64,000 nucleotides of DNA. Origin: a virus. Taxonomy: Duplodnaviria > Caudoviricetes. This document shows, piece by piece, positions 18,547-27,314 of this stretch. Numbering within the stretch: position 1 is the first letter of the stretch; the number at the start of each line of letters is the position of its first letter. A program made the translations under genes and the position numbers. The stretch is from positions 38,595-102,594 of IMG/VR virus record IMGVR_UViG_3300033120_000865. One strand, given 5' to 3'. A model generated the notes under the pieces. It was not told the DNA's origin. It searched no databases and saw only the letters and a program-made list of their open reading frames with translations.

Positions 18547-19566
18547 ATGGCATTTACCTATATTTATAAAAAATATAAAGATGTTCATACTATTGAAAAT
18601 ACTGGAGGAACATCTTTTAATTATAAAATAGATGTTAAAGAATGTGATAGCTTAAATCTTTTTAAATCAGGTATAATATTGCCTGGTGCTATTTTTACAT
18701 TACCTATAACATTTTCAGATGGTATGTACATTGTAACTTTATCTGATAATACAGATGAGGTAATTCTTACTGATATATTACAGTATAATAATATATTAAC
18801 TTCTTTTATAAGTGGAACAGAAAATAGTATTTGTGGATGCAAGAAATGTGATGATTGTAAAGATTGTAATGAGTGTGAAGATTATCTTAGTACACTGGCT
18901 TATGGTTTAGGATTTCTACACATAAATAATCCAAAATATAATGATTACTTAAATATTATTTCAGAGACATTAAAATGTAATTACTCACAAGAAATATTAA
19001 CTACTATACAAATTGAAAATCTTACAGGAGTTAAAGAAGTTAAAAAATTAACTCTTTTAAATATTGCAGCATTATATCTTGTATTTTATCTTATTGATTT
19101 AGCTCAAGCTTTTGATATAGAAGAAGCTAATTATATTAAAACAAAATATAAATCTTCTAAAATACTAAAATGTATTAGAAAATTAGGTATTGATGTTGAT
19201 TTATTCATTGATAGTTTATTTAATGATATGAAAGTGTATTATTGGCAATTAGATAATGTAACATTAAATATTGAGGATATAATTCCATTATTTAACAGTG
19301 TATATTTAAATGATAAACCTGTTTTACCATTTACAATTTTTGAACAAGGTAATATAGTAAATTATTCACAAATAGGAAGAATTGCTTTTGCAATTAAGAA
19401 AACTGATGTTTTAAATTTTCTTATTACAGATTCACTTAATAATGATATTACAGATGAATTTGACTATGAATATTTTCCTCTAACTAAAACTGTATTATTT
19501 GTATCTAAAAATCCTTATAGTTTTAGTAATGTATATTTTAAATTTAAAAAAATAACTAATTTATAA
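18547..19566 (+). CDS. virion structural protein with Cys-rich segment
   Basis: CGCKKCDDCKDCNEC motif; tail module. Confidence 0.55.
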   Translation: MAFTYIYKKYKDVHTIENTGGTSFNYKIDVKECDSLNLFKSGIILPGAIFTLPITFSDGMYIVTLSDNTDEVILTDILQYNNILTSFISGTENSICGCKKCDDCKDCNECEDYLSTLAYGLGFLHINNPKYNDYLNIISETLKCNYSQEILTTIQIENLTGVKEVKKLTLLNIAALYLVFYLIDLAQAFDIEEANYIKTKYKSSKILKCIRKLGIDVDLFIDSLFNDMKVYYWQLDNVTLNIEDIIPLFNSVYLNDKPVLPFTIFEQGNIVNYSQIGRIAFAIKKTDVLNFLITDSLNNDITDEFDYEYFPLTKTVLFVSKNPYSFSNVYFKFKKITNL

Positions 19567-20522
19567 TGAGTGATATAAATAATATATTAACAGGACTTAA
19601 GATTCCTGCACAAATACCTTTAGATGCAAAATTATATAGTGCTTCTCAAAGTGTATTAACTAATTTAGGAACTGACAATAATCTTGCATATACTTATTAT
19701 AGTGGTATGATTGTTTATTGTGTACAAGAAAAAACTAGATGGGAATGGAGAGAAGTAGTAGGTTCAGAAGAAGGATTATTACCAAGTAATTTTCAATATC
19801 CTACAGGTCTCTTTGTTTTTGGAATAGATTATTCAAATAAGATTTATAATTTTTTTGAAATTATAGGTAATACAATTCCTGTTGTTCAAGATAATTTTGT
19901 AAGAACTTTAGAGATTCAAAGTGCATCATTACCTAATCCTTATACAACTATTGATATATGTACATATATATTATCTCTTCCAGAAGAAGATAGAACTATT
20001 CTTGAAACAGATAGTAAATGGAATGTAGTTATAAAAAAACTTGAAAGTATTCTTATAATAGAGATATATGAAATTATTAATATAGGAAAAGGTATAATTA
20101 ATTTTATCTCTAGTTCAAATTTATTAAGAATAGAACAAAATGTTTCTGAATATATTGCAAATAATATGGACTCTTTATTACCTTATAAAAGTTATATAGC
20201 AATACTAACTCAAGAAGGAACTACAGCTCCTAATGCTCAAGTAGTATTTAATAATACAGGTATCACTTTTACATATACTAGATTAGGAGAAGGAGAATAT
20301 CATATAGTAGCAGACACTTTGTTACCTACTACATATCCTCAAAAAATAGTTCCTAGACTAACTAATGGATATTGTGATGGTGTAAATGGAGTAGCTTATG
20401 ATAATGATGGAGTAGGTTTAAGAATCTTTTGTAGGTCTATAAGTAGTGTTCCAGGAGACCAAGGACAGTTTAGAGATGGAACCTTATTTAATGATGTTTT
20501 AGAAATAAGAATATATAATTAA
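19566..20522 (+). CDS. tail fibre/spike-associated protein, paralog 1
   Basis: C-terminal YKSYIAILTQEGTTAP...LEIRIYN domain shared with 21444 and 24377. Confidence 0.55.
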   Translation: MSDINNILTGLKIPAQIPLDAKLYSASQSVLTNLGTDNNLAYTYYSGMIVYCVQEKTRWEWREVVGSEEGLLPSNFQYPTGLFVFGIDYSNKIYNFFEIIGNTIPVVQDNFVRTLEIQSASLPNPYTTIDICTYILSLPEEDRTILETDSKWNVVIKKLESILIIEIYEIINIGKGIINFISSSNLLRIEQNVSEYIANNMDSLLPYKSYIAILTQEGTTAPNAQVVFNNTGITFTYTRLGEGEYHIVADTLLPTTYPQKIVPRLTNGYCDGVNGVAYDNDGVGLRIFCRSISSVPGDQGQFRDGTLFNDVLEIRIYN

Positions 20523-20525
20523 TTT

Positions 20526-21392
20526 ATGAAAAGAATAGTAATTGCAAACATAGAAAGTGGGTTTCAAAAAAGAGAGTGTAAAACACAATCAAAAAAAGAT
20601 TGTAGTTGCCATTCTAATTCTCATAATAATTTTAATCAAAATAATAAAATAAAAAGTTTCATTATATATAATGAAACTTCTTTTAATAATCCTTTACAAC
20701 AATTAGTAAATATTATTAATCAAGATAATATTATACTTGATGAATTTGAAATAGGTTTTATTAATTTTTATGATGATGAACAAAGAATAATACAATACCT
20801 TTTTGGTCCAGGAAAAGGAAGTTATGGATTAAATGGTATATTAGTAACTACTGATATGTTTGTGAGAGTAGAACATTTACAATTATCTACAGCCATAACA
20901 GATAATTCATTAGGGTCTAATGGAACAGATATTATATCTTCTGATGTAAAAATAATAAGTTTTTATAATGAACATTTTAAACTTATAGACTCTCCATATA
21001 ATATATCTAATATAATTGGAGGGCATACAGTATTAAGTTTATCTGATGATTTTATAGAATCTTTAATAAGAACAGGAGATTTTAGCACTTTCTTAATTGG
21101 TAGTATTACAGATTCAAATAGTGCTGCAAGTACTCTTTCTTTAAATGCTAATAATTTTGAAAATTATTATACTTTTTTAGGTACAACTACTACTTGGACA
21201 GTTCCTATTATTGGAGGAAATTATAAAAAGAAAATTACTGTTATAAATCAAGGTTCTGGTATTATAACTTTAAACTCTAATTTAGGAGGAAATGATTTTT
21301 TATTAAGTGGCACATTAGTTAATACAATTAATATATCTTCTGGAGAAATTTTATTATTATATAATAATGGAATAAAATGGTGTGTATTGTAG
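20526..21392 (+). CDS. putative tail fibre protein
   Basis: Beta-rich; C-terminal ITVINQGSG...LYNNGIKW. Confidence 0.5.
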   Translation: MKRIVIANIESGFQKRECKTQSKKDCSCHSNSHNNFNQNNKIKSFIIYNETSFNNPLQQLVNIINQDNIILDEFEIGFINFYDDEQRIIQYLFGPGKGSYGLNGILVTTDMFVRVEHLQLSTAITDNSLGSNGTDIISSDVKIISFYNEHFKLIDSPYNISNIIGGHTVLSLSDDFIESLIRTGDFSTFLIGSITDSNSAASTLSLNANNFENYYTFLGTTTTWTVPIIGGNYKKKITVINQGSGIITLNSNLGGNDFLLSGTLVNTINISSGEILLLYNNGIKWCVL

Positions 21393-21413
21393 TATTATAT
21401 ATAATAAAATAAT

Positions 21414-21421
21414 TAACTTTG
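21414..21421 (+). promoter_or_regulatory. TAnnTTTG -7 box
   Basis: TAACTTTG in intergenic gap before 21444. Confidence 0.45.
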
Positions 21422-21443
21422 TACTGTATTAAATAATAATAAA

Positions 21444-21881
21444 ATGAAACAAAATTTAGGTAAAACAATAAAAGATATATATCATAAAATTTCATGTCTT
21501 GAAAATAAATTAAAAAATTCTACTTCTACTGACTTAAGGTTATATAAAGTCTATACTGCATTACTAACTCAAACAGGAACAAATGACCCTATTCCTACTA
21601 TTTTAGAGAATACTCTTGGGGAATTAAATTTTAGTTATTTAGATGTTGGTAAGTATGAAATAAGTTCTTTAAACTTATTTACTAATAATAAAACTACTAT
21701 ATTTTTTGGTAATGTTATTAATAATGCAAATGCACAATTAGGTAATGTTACATGTCAAGGTGAAGATATTTCAGATAGTTCTATTCCATTTGTAGTAAAT
21801 GGTGATTTTGTATCAGGAGCATTAGATATAAGTAATAACTTATTATTAAAAACTTTAGTTGAAATTAAAGTTTATTATTAA
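21444..21881 (+). CDS. tail fibre/spike-associated protein, paralog 2
   Basis: YKVYTALLTQTGTNDP...LENTLG...VEIKVY. Confidence 0.55.
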   Translation: MKQNLGKTIKDIYHKISCLENKLKNSTSTDLRLYKVYTALLTQTGTNDPIPTILENTLGELNFSYLDVGKYEISSLNLFTNNKTTIFFGNVINNANAQLGNVTCQGEDISDSSIPFVVNGDFVSGALDISNNLLLKTLVEIKVYY

Positions 21882-21920
21882 AATATATAAGTTTTATATT
21901 AATTACTAAAATACAAATAC

Positions 21921-22313
21921 ATGGAACAAATCAAAGAAATTATTATTACAAATTTTACAACAATTTTTGCATCTCTATTTGGAGGTGGCTCTTTATATGC
22001 TTATTTTATTGAAAAAAGAAAAAACAAAGCAATAACAAATCAAGAAGTAGCAAAAGCTGGTCAAGAAGAAGCTACAGCTTTATCAAATATGAGACAAGCT
22101 TATAAGGATTTTACAGAAGACATGACTAAGAGATATGATGAGTTAAGTACAGAAGTAGAAAGTTTAAAAAAAAAGCTGGCAACTGTTACAACTCAAGTAA
22201 AAGAGGAAGAGAATAAATATGATACTTTGAAAGTATCATATGATAAGTTGAAAGTCTCCTATGACAATTTAAAGAAAGAGTTTGATAATTATAAGAAAAA
22301 ACATTTAAAATAA
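21921..22313 (+). CDS. holin-like membrane protein with coiled coil
   Basis: N-terminal TM followed by heptad coiled coil. Confidence 0.45.
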   Translation: MEQIKEIIITNFTTIFASLFGGGSLYAYFIEKRKNKAITNQEVAKAGQEEATALSNMRQAYKDFTEDMTKRYDELSTEVESLKKKLATVTTQVKEEENKYDTLKVSYDKLKVSYDNLKKEFDNYKKKHLK

Positions 22314-23630
22314 ATGATAAAAAAACAAATCATAGACTATTTACTGTCTAATTCTGGAAAGTTAAAAGATGGTGAAACATGGTATGATATTGGATTAAGG
22401 TTTGGGATAGAACCTAAAGACAAAAAAAGAGCAGAGACAGATGATGCCTATAAAGTATCATCTGTCACTAAGAAAGCAAATGATATATGGAGGTATTATT
22501 TAACAATAAAAAATACTCTAAAATTATCTAAAGAAACATACCAAAATGGTAAATTAAAGTTTGAAACCTTTAAAAATATACCAGAAGAAGTTAAGATTAA
22601 CCATGAAGATTTTGATATTGAAAGAATGACTACCAGTCCTTATGGTGGTGCATGGATTAAACTAAAGAAAAAAGAAAAGATTTATGAAGAAGAACATCTT
22701 GATAAATTAACAGAACTACTCAAAAAAGAATTAAATCCAATTAAATACAGACAACCAGAAACTACAAATGATAAAGCATTATTTATCTATGGGTCTGATA
22801 AGCATATAGGTGCATTAACTAAAGAAGATTCTATATATACTAATAAATATGATAGAGAAGTAATGAGACAAAGAATTGTAATTAAAACTCTTGCTATTAT
22901 TCAAGACAATATACAATTACATGGAGAATTTGACTCATTATATATTATGGATTTAGGAGATGCTTTAGATGGATTTAATCAAAAGACTACTGGAGGATTA
23001 AGAGGAACATCCTCACACACATTACCTCAACAATTAAATAATAGAGAGCAACATGATTATTATGTAGAATTACATAAAGAATTATTTGATAGTATTATGG
23101 CATGTACATTTGCTAAAAATGTCTATTTTGTAGCTACAAGTAATAGTAATCATGGTGGAGATTTTGAGTATGGAGCAATGAGAAATCTTGAAACATATTT
23201 AAATATTAAATTTCCTGACATTAAAACTTATGTGTCTTTTAAAGCTTATAATCATTTTGTATATGGAGAACATTGTATAATTTTTGGTCATGGGAAAGAT
23301 GATGAAGATATGAAAAATGGACTACCATTAGTTTTAAATGATAAAGTATCTAATGTAATTGCTGATTATATTAGAGTTAACAAACTAGAAGATTATAATG
23401 TTACATTTGTTTCTGGTGATTTACATCAGAGTGCTGAAACTTATGCTAAAAATTTTAGATATAAAAAAGTATTATCTCAATATGGTAGTTCAAAATGGAT
23501 GCACACAAACTTTGGTTCAGGTTCTCCTGGTATTTCTTCAGAAGTAATTATGAAGAATGATAATAAAATTTATAAATCAGATGAATTTTTTAACATTAGT
23601 AATCAATCAAATACAGGAATTACCTTCTAA
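22314..23630 (+). CDS. calcineurin-like metallophosphoesterase / nuclease
   Basis: SDKHIG, LGDALDG, SNH, GHG, GDLH motifs. Confidence 0.75.
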   Translation: MIKKQIIDYLLSNSGKLKDGETWYDIGLRFGIEPKDKKRAETDDAYKVSSVTKKANDIWRYYLTIKNTLKLSKETYQNGKLKFETFKNIPEEVKINHEDFDIERMTTSPYGGAWIKLKKKEKIYEEEHLDKLTELLKKELNPIKYRQPETTNDKALFIYGSDKHIGALTKEDSIYTNKYDREVMRQRIVIKTLAIIQDNIQLHGEFDSLYIMDLGDALDGFNQKTTGGLRGTSSHTLPQQLNNREQHDYYVELHKELFDSIMACTFAKNVYFVATSNSNHGGDFEYGAMRNLETYLNIKFPDIKTYVSFKAYNHFVYGEHCIIFGHGKDDEDMKNGLPLVLNDKVSNVIADYIRVNKLEDYNVTFVSGDLHQSAETYAKNFRYKKVLSQYGSSKWMHTNFGSGSPGISSEVIMKNDNKIYKSDEFFNISNQSNTGITF

Positions 23631-23644
23631 TTAAAATTAATTTG

Positions 23645-23652
23645 TATCTTTG
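23645..23652 (+). promoter_or_regulatory. TAnnTTTG -7 box, possibly leaderless transcript
   Basis: TATCTTTG 4 nt before ATG 23657. Confidence 0.45.
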
Positions 23653-23656
23653 CTTT

Positions 23657-24373
23657 ATGGAAGAAGCAAAGATACAAATATTAGAATACTTTAAAGGTTT
23701 AGAATTTTATGAAGATGAACATAAATATATGTATCATTCTAAACCTATTAAAATATCTGTCTCTGGACTTATTAAACATTTTTATGAACCATTTGATTCA
23801 TATAATATAAGTTTAAGGATAGCAAAAAGAGATGGAATAAGTCAAGAAGAAGTTTTAAAAGGATGGGATAATGAAGGAAAGAAAGGAATAAGTAAAGGTA
23901 ATAAAGCTCACTTATTTGGAGAAGTATATCCATTTAATAAACATTTAGAACCTAATGATAAATATGATGAAGCTATTATAAAGTTTTGGAATGATTTACC
24001 ATCTCATATAGTACCTGTTATTATGGAGCTGAGAATGTTTCATAAAGAATATATGTTTGCTGGAACAGCAGATATTTTGTTGTATAATACAATTACTAAA
24101 ATGTTTATTATTGGAGATTATAAAACTAATAAAGATTTATTTAAAAATTTTAAAGGTAAGAAAATGCTAGGTCCATTTAAAGATTTACTTGATTCTCCTT
24201 TTAATCATTATCAATTACAATTATCTTTTTATCAGATACTATTTGAACAATGTGGTTTAAAGGTATCTTCAAGAAAATTAATATGGCTATTGTCTGATGG
24301 TACATATAATATGTATGATTTAGAAGATTATACTAAAGTTTTAAAAGAACAACTACAAATACTAAAAATTTAA
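23657..24373 (+). CDS. PD-(D/E)XK exonuclease (start revised to MEEAK)
   Basis: SVSGLI, G...H, AGTADIL, IGDYKT, YQLQLSFY. Confidence 0.8.
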   Translation: MEEAKIQILEYFKGLEFYEDEHKYMYHSKPIKISVSGLIKHFYEPFDSYNISLRIAKRDGISQEEVLKGWDNEGKKGISKGNKAHLFGEVYPFNKHLEPNDKYDEAIIKFWNDLPSHIVPVIMELRMFHKEYMFAGTADILLYNTITKMFIIGDYKTNKDLFKNFKGKKMLGPFKDLLDSPFNHYQLQLSFYQILFEQCGLKVSSRKLIWLLSDGTYNMYDLEDYTKVLKEQLQILKI

Positions 24374-24376
24374 ATA

Positions 24377-24835
24377 ATGGCATATCCAAAAAAAATAAAA
24401 GATAATACTACTAAAGAATTAATTCAATATATTTTAGATAAATTAAGAATGCAAAAAAGTGTACAAAGTATTACAGGCACTTTTGTAGATAATACAGATG
24501 CATTAAATCCTGTAATAGCTTTACCTTATAAATCATATAAAGCATTAATAACACAATCTGGTACAGATAAACCAACAGCAGTAGTGTTAGAAAATAGTAT
24601 AGGAACAGTCTCTTTTCAGTATATCTCTGCTGGTATATATAGACTAATCACAAGTAATTTTAATGTGAATAAAGTTAGTGTAGATATTAATCAAGGAAGA
24701 GTAGATTCAACAAGAAGTCTTGTAGGAGCTTTTTATGGTGGTGGTGGAGTTACAGAAATAACTTCTATTGCTAATGTTACTCCTACAAATGGGATATTAA
24801 ATAAAACAAGTATAGAGATAAAAGTATATAATTAA
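24377..24835 (+). CDS. tail fibre/spike-associated protein, paralog 3
   Basis: YKSYKALITQSGTDKP...LENSIG...IEIKVYN. Confidence 0.55.
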   Translation: MAYPKKIKDNTTKELIQYILDKLRMQKSVQSITGTFVDNTDALNPVIALPYKSYKALITQSGTDKPTAVVLENSIGTVSFQYISAGIYRLITSNFNVNKVSVDINQGRVDSTRSLVGAFYGGGGVTEITSIANVTPTNGILNKTSIEIKVYN

Positions 24836-24837
24836 TC

Positions 24838-25539
24838 ATGCTGATAAAAGAAATTATACAAAGGATATTATCCCTTTATTCAAAAGGTGTACAATCTCAA
24901 TCTAGTAGATTGTCAGATAGACATGTTTATAATAAAATGGTAACTGTCAGAAGTAAACTTGTTGCTCAAGAAGCAAAAAAGAAACAAAAGATAAATCAAT
25001 GGAGTTATCAAACATTATCTTGTGTTGAACTTATTAAAGCTCAACCAAATGAATGTCCTTGTATAGCACCTCCTGGTTGTGAGATACTTAGAAGTAAATA
25101 TCCTATTCCTAAACCAATAACAGATTTAAATAAACATTTAATTCAATCTGTTACTAGCTTAGATGGAGATGTTATTTTTTCTGAGATAACTTGGATTGAA
25201 AAGAAATATAAAGCATTTAATAAATACACAGCAGATAAACCTGATTATTTTATTAGAAATAATTATCTATATATCACAAGTAGAAATGGGTTAAAAGTTA
25301 TAACTATAACTGGATTATTTGATAATCCTATTGAGGTTTATAACTTTCCATCTTATTGTGAGGATTGTATTGATTGTCAAGAATGTGTAAGTCCATTAGA
25401 TATGGAATTTCCAATTGATAATGATATGATTGACACATTAGTTGATATGTGTAAAGAGGAATTGATAGGACAATTTACTCAGATGACAGAAGATTTAAGA
25501 AATAATTCAATTGATAATCTTCCTGAAAATAGTAAATAA
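24838..25539 (+). CDS. tail ring protein
   Basis: QTLSCVELIKA..., ILRSKYPIPK, YFIRNNYLYI, EFPID; crAss-like tail tubular pattern. Confidence 0.6.
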   Translation: MLIKEIIQRILSLYSKGVQSQSSRLSDRHVYNKMVTVRSKLVAQEAKKKQKINQWSYQTLSCVELIKAQPNECPCIAPPGCEILRSKYPIPKPITDLNKHLIQSVTSLDGDVIFSEITWIEKKYKAFNKYTADKPDYFIRNNYLYITSRNGLKVITITGLFDNPIEVYNFPSYCEDCIDCQECVSPLDMEFPIDNDMIDTLVDMCKEELIGQFTQMTEDLRNNSIDNLPENSK

Positions 25540-26006
25540 TGAGTTGTAAGAATGTAAGAGATAGTTATAAACTATATAAAAAGATAGTAGAGAATCCAGT
25601 TGATATTAAAATTTACATTAAATATGTTAATGATTATCATAAATTTTTAATGGATAAAGTTCTTAGTGGAGAAGAAATTACTTTGCCAGCAAGAATGGGC
25701 ACATTATCTATTATAGGTAAAAAGCAAAAAATAACTTTTGATGAAAATGGTATTATGAAAGGATTAGCTCCTGATTGGGTTAAAACTAAAGAACTTTGGG
25801 AAGTAAATCCAGAAGCTAAAGAAAAGAAGAAATTACTCTATCATATTAATAATCATACAGATAATACAAGATATAGATTTTTATGGTCAAAAACTAATAT
25901 TTTAACAAAGAACAAAATTTTATATTCACTAAGAATGACTAGAGATAATAAAAGAGCTGTTCATGGTTTAATAAAAGAAGGTAAACAATATATAACTAAA
26001 AATTAA
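25539..26006 (+). CDS. IHF/HU-like protein
   Basis: GEEITLPARMGTLSI, PDWVKTKELW. Confidence 0.55.
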   Translation: MSCKNVRDSYKLYKKIVENPVDIKIYIKYVNDYHKFLMDKVLSGEEITLPARMGTLSIIGKKQKITFDENGIMKGLAPDWVKTKELWEVNPEAKEKKKLLYHINNHTDNTRYRFLWSKTNILTKNKILYSLRMTRDNKRAVHGLIKEGKQYITKN

Positions 26007-26011
26007 TAAAT

Positions 26012-26335
26012 ATGGAAGCATTAACAAGAGCAACATTTAAACAGAAAGAAATTGATAATATTCCTAAAGGAGCAAAGATATTGTCAAAAGATGTCTCAAT
26101 TACAGTAGAAGAAATTGAAAATGGGTACTTAGTATCTAAGTCTATTGATATTAAATATGAATATGATAAGAAAAATGATTATTCATATATTACAAAAAAA
26201 TACTTTGCAAAAGAAAATCCATTAGAATTAGATATGGAAAAAATATCAGATAAATCCTTAGCAGATAATTTCTCAGATAAAGAAACAAAAAAAGAAGAAA
26301 AGAAAGAACAGAAATCATTAGCAGATAATTTTTAA
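26012..26335 (+). CDS. hypothetical protein with duplicated KSLADNF tail
   Basis: 107-aa ORF; VEEIENGYLV. Confidence 0.7.
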   Translation: MEALTRATFKQKEIDNIPKGAKILSKDVSITVEEIENGYLVSKSIDIKYEYDKKNDYSYITKKYFAKENPLELDMEKISDKSLADNFSDKETKKEEKKEQKSLADNF

Positions 26336-26339
26336 TAAT

Positions 26340-27314
26340 ATGTCAGAACTACAATATACATCAATAAACACAGTACTTGCTAAATTTCATAGAGATTTAA
26401 GAGGCACTGAAATGAGTGAGAGTGATATTATTGAATGGGTTGGAGAAGCTTTAGAATTTTTAAAAGTTCAACAAATCCAAGACCAATCTATTGCTTTTAT
26501 GGAAGTAAAAGACCATCATGCAGAAATACCAAAAGGATTTCAGATGGTATTGCAAATTGCAAGAAATAATAGATGGACACCAGAAAATAAAGAATTATGT
26601 TCTCCAGGTAAAACTATTTGTGAGATTGAAGAAATAGATTTTGAAGAAGTTAATACTTGTGCTGATAGTATAGTTATTACAGATGCTAATGGATTTATAA
26701 TAGAGAATGGTGATGTAATTGATTATAGACCTTATTTTGATTTAAAATTTGATTTTCCATATTGGACTCATAGTACTTATTATAGAAGACATTATACTCC
26801 AGTAAGATTAAGTAATCATACATTATTTAATTCTATTGTTTGTAAAGAAAAAGTAGATGAATGTATTGGATGTACTGATGAATATACTATTGTAGGAACT
26901 ACTGAAAAAAGAATAAGAACTTCTTTTAGAGAAGGATATATTGCAATGTCTTATCTCAAAAATGCTCTTGATGAGCAAACAGGTTATCCATTAATTCCTG
27001 ACCAAATATCTTATATTACTGCTATTACTTACTATATACAATGGAAGATAGCACAAATGTATGATTGGAATGGAAGAGAAGGTTATGCAAGAATAGCTCA
27101 AGATAAAGAAAGACTTTGGTTAAAGTATGCTAAACAAGCTAAAAATTTTGCAAAAATGCCTAAATCAATTGATGATTTTCAAGACCATTTAGAACAGACT
27201 CATTATCTTATTCCTAACCATAAAAAATATTATGGTTATTTTGGTAATCTTGGAAGGTCAGAACAATTAAAATTTAATTTAAATCTTAAAGCAAGTTATG
27301 GATATAAATACTAA
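26340..27314 (+). CDS. tail ring protein
   Basis: DIIEWVGEAL...GYPLIPD...AITYYI; precedes the muzzle gene. Confidence 0.6.
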   Translation: MSELQYTSINTVLAKFHRDLRGTEMSESDIIEWVGEALEFLKVQQIQDQSIAFMEVKDHHAEIPKGFQMVLQIARNNRWTPENKELCSPGKTICEIEEIDFEEVNTCADSIVITDANGFIIENGDVIDYRPYFDLKFDFPYWTHSTYYRRHYTPVRLSNHTLFNSIVCKEKVDECIGCTDEYTIVGTTEKRIRTSFREGYIAMSYLKNALDEQTGYPLIPDQISYITAITYYIQWKIAQMYDWNGREGYARIAQDKERLWLKYAKQAKNFAKMPKSIDDFQDHLEQTHYLIPNHKKYYGYFGNLGRSEQLKFNLNLKASYGYKY

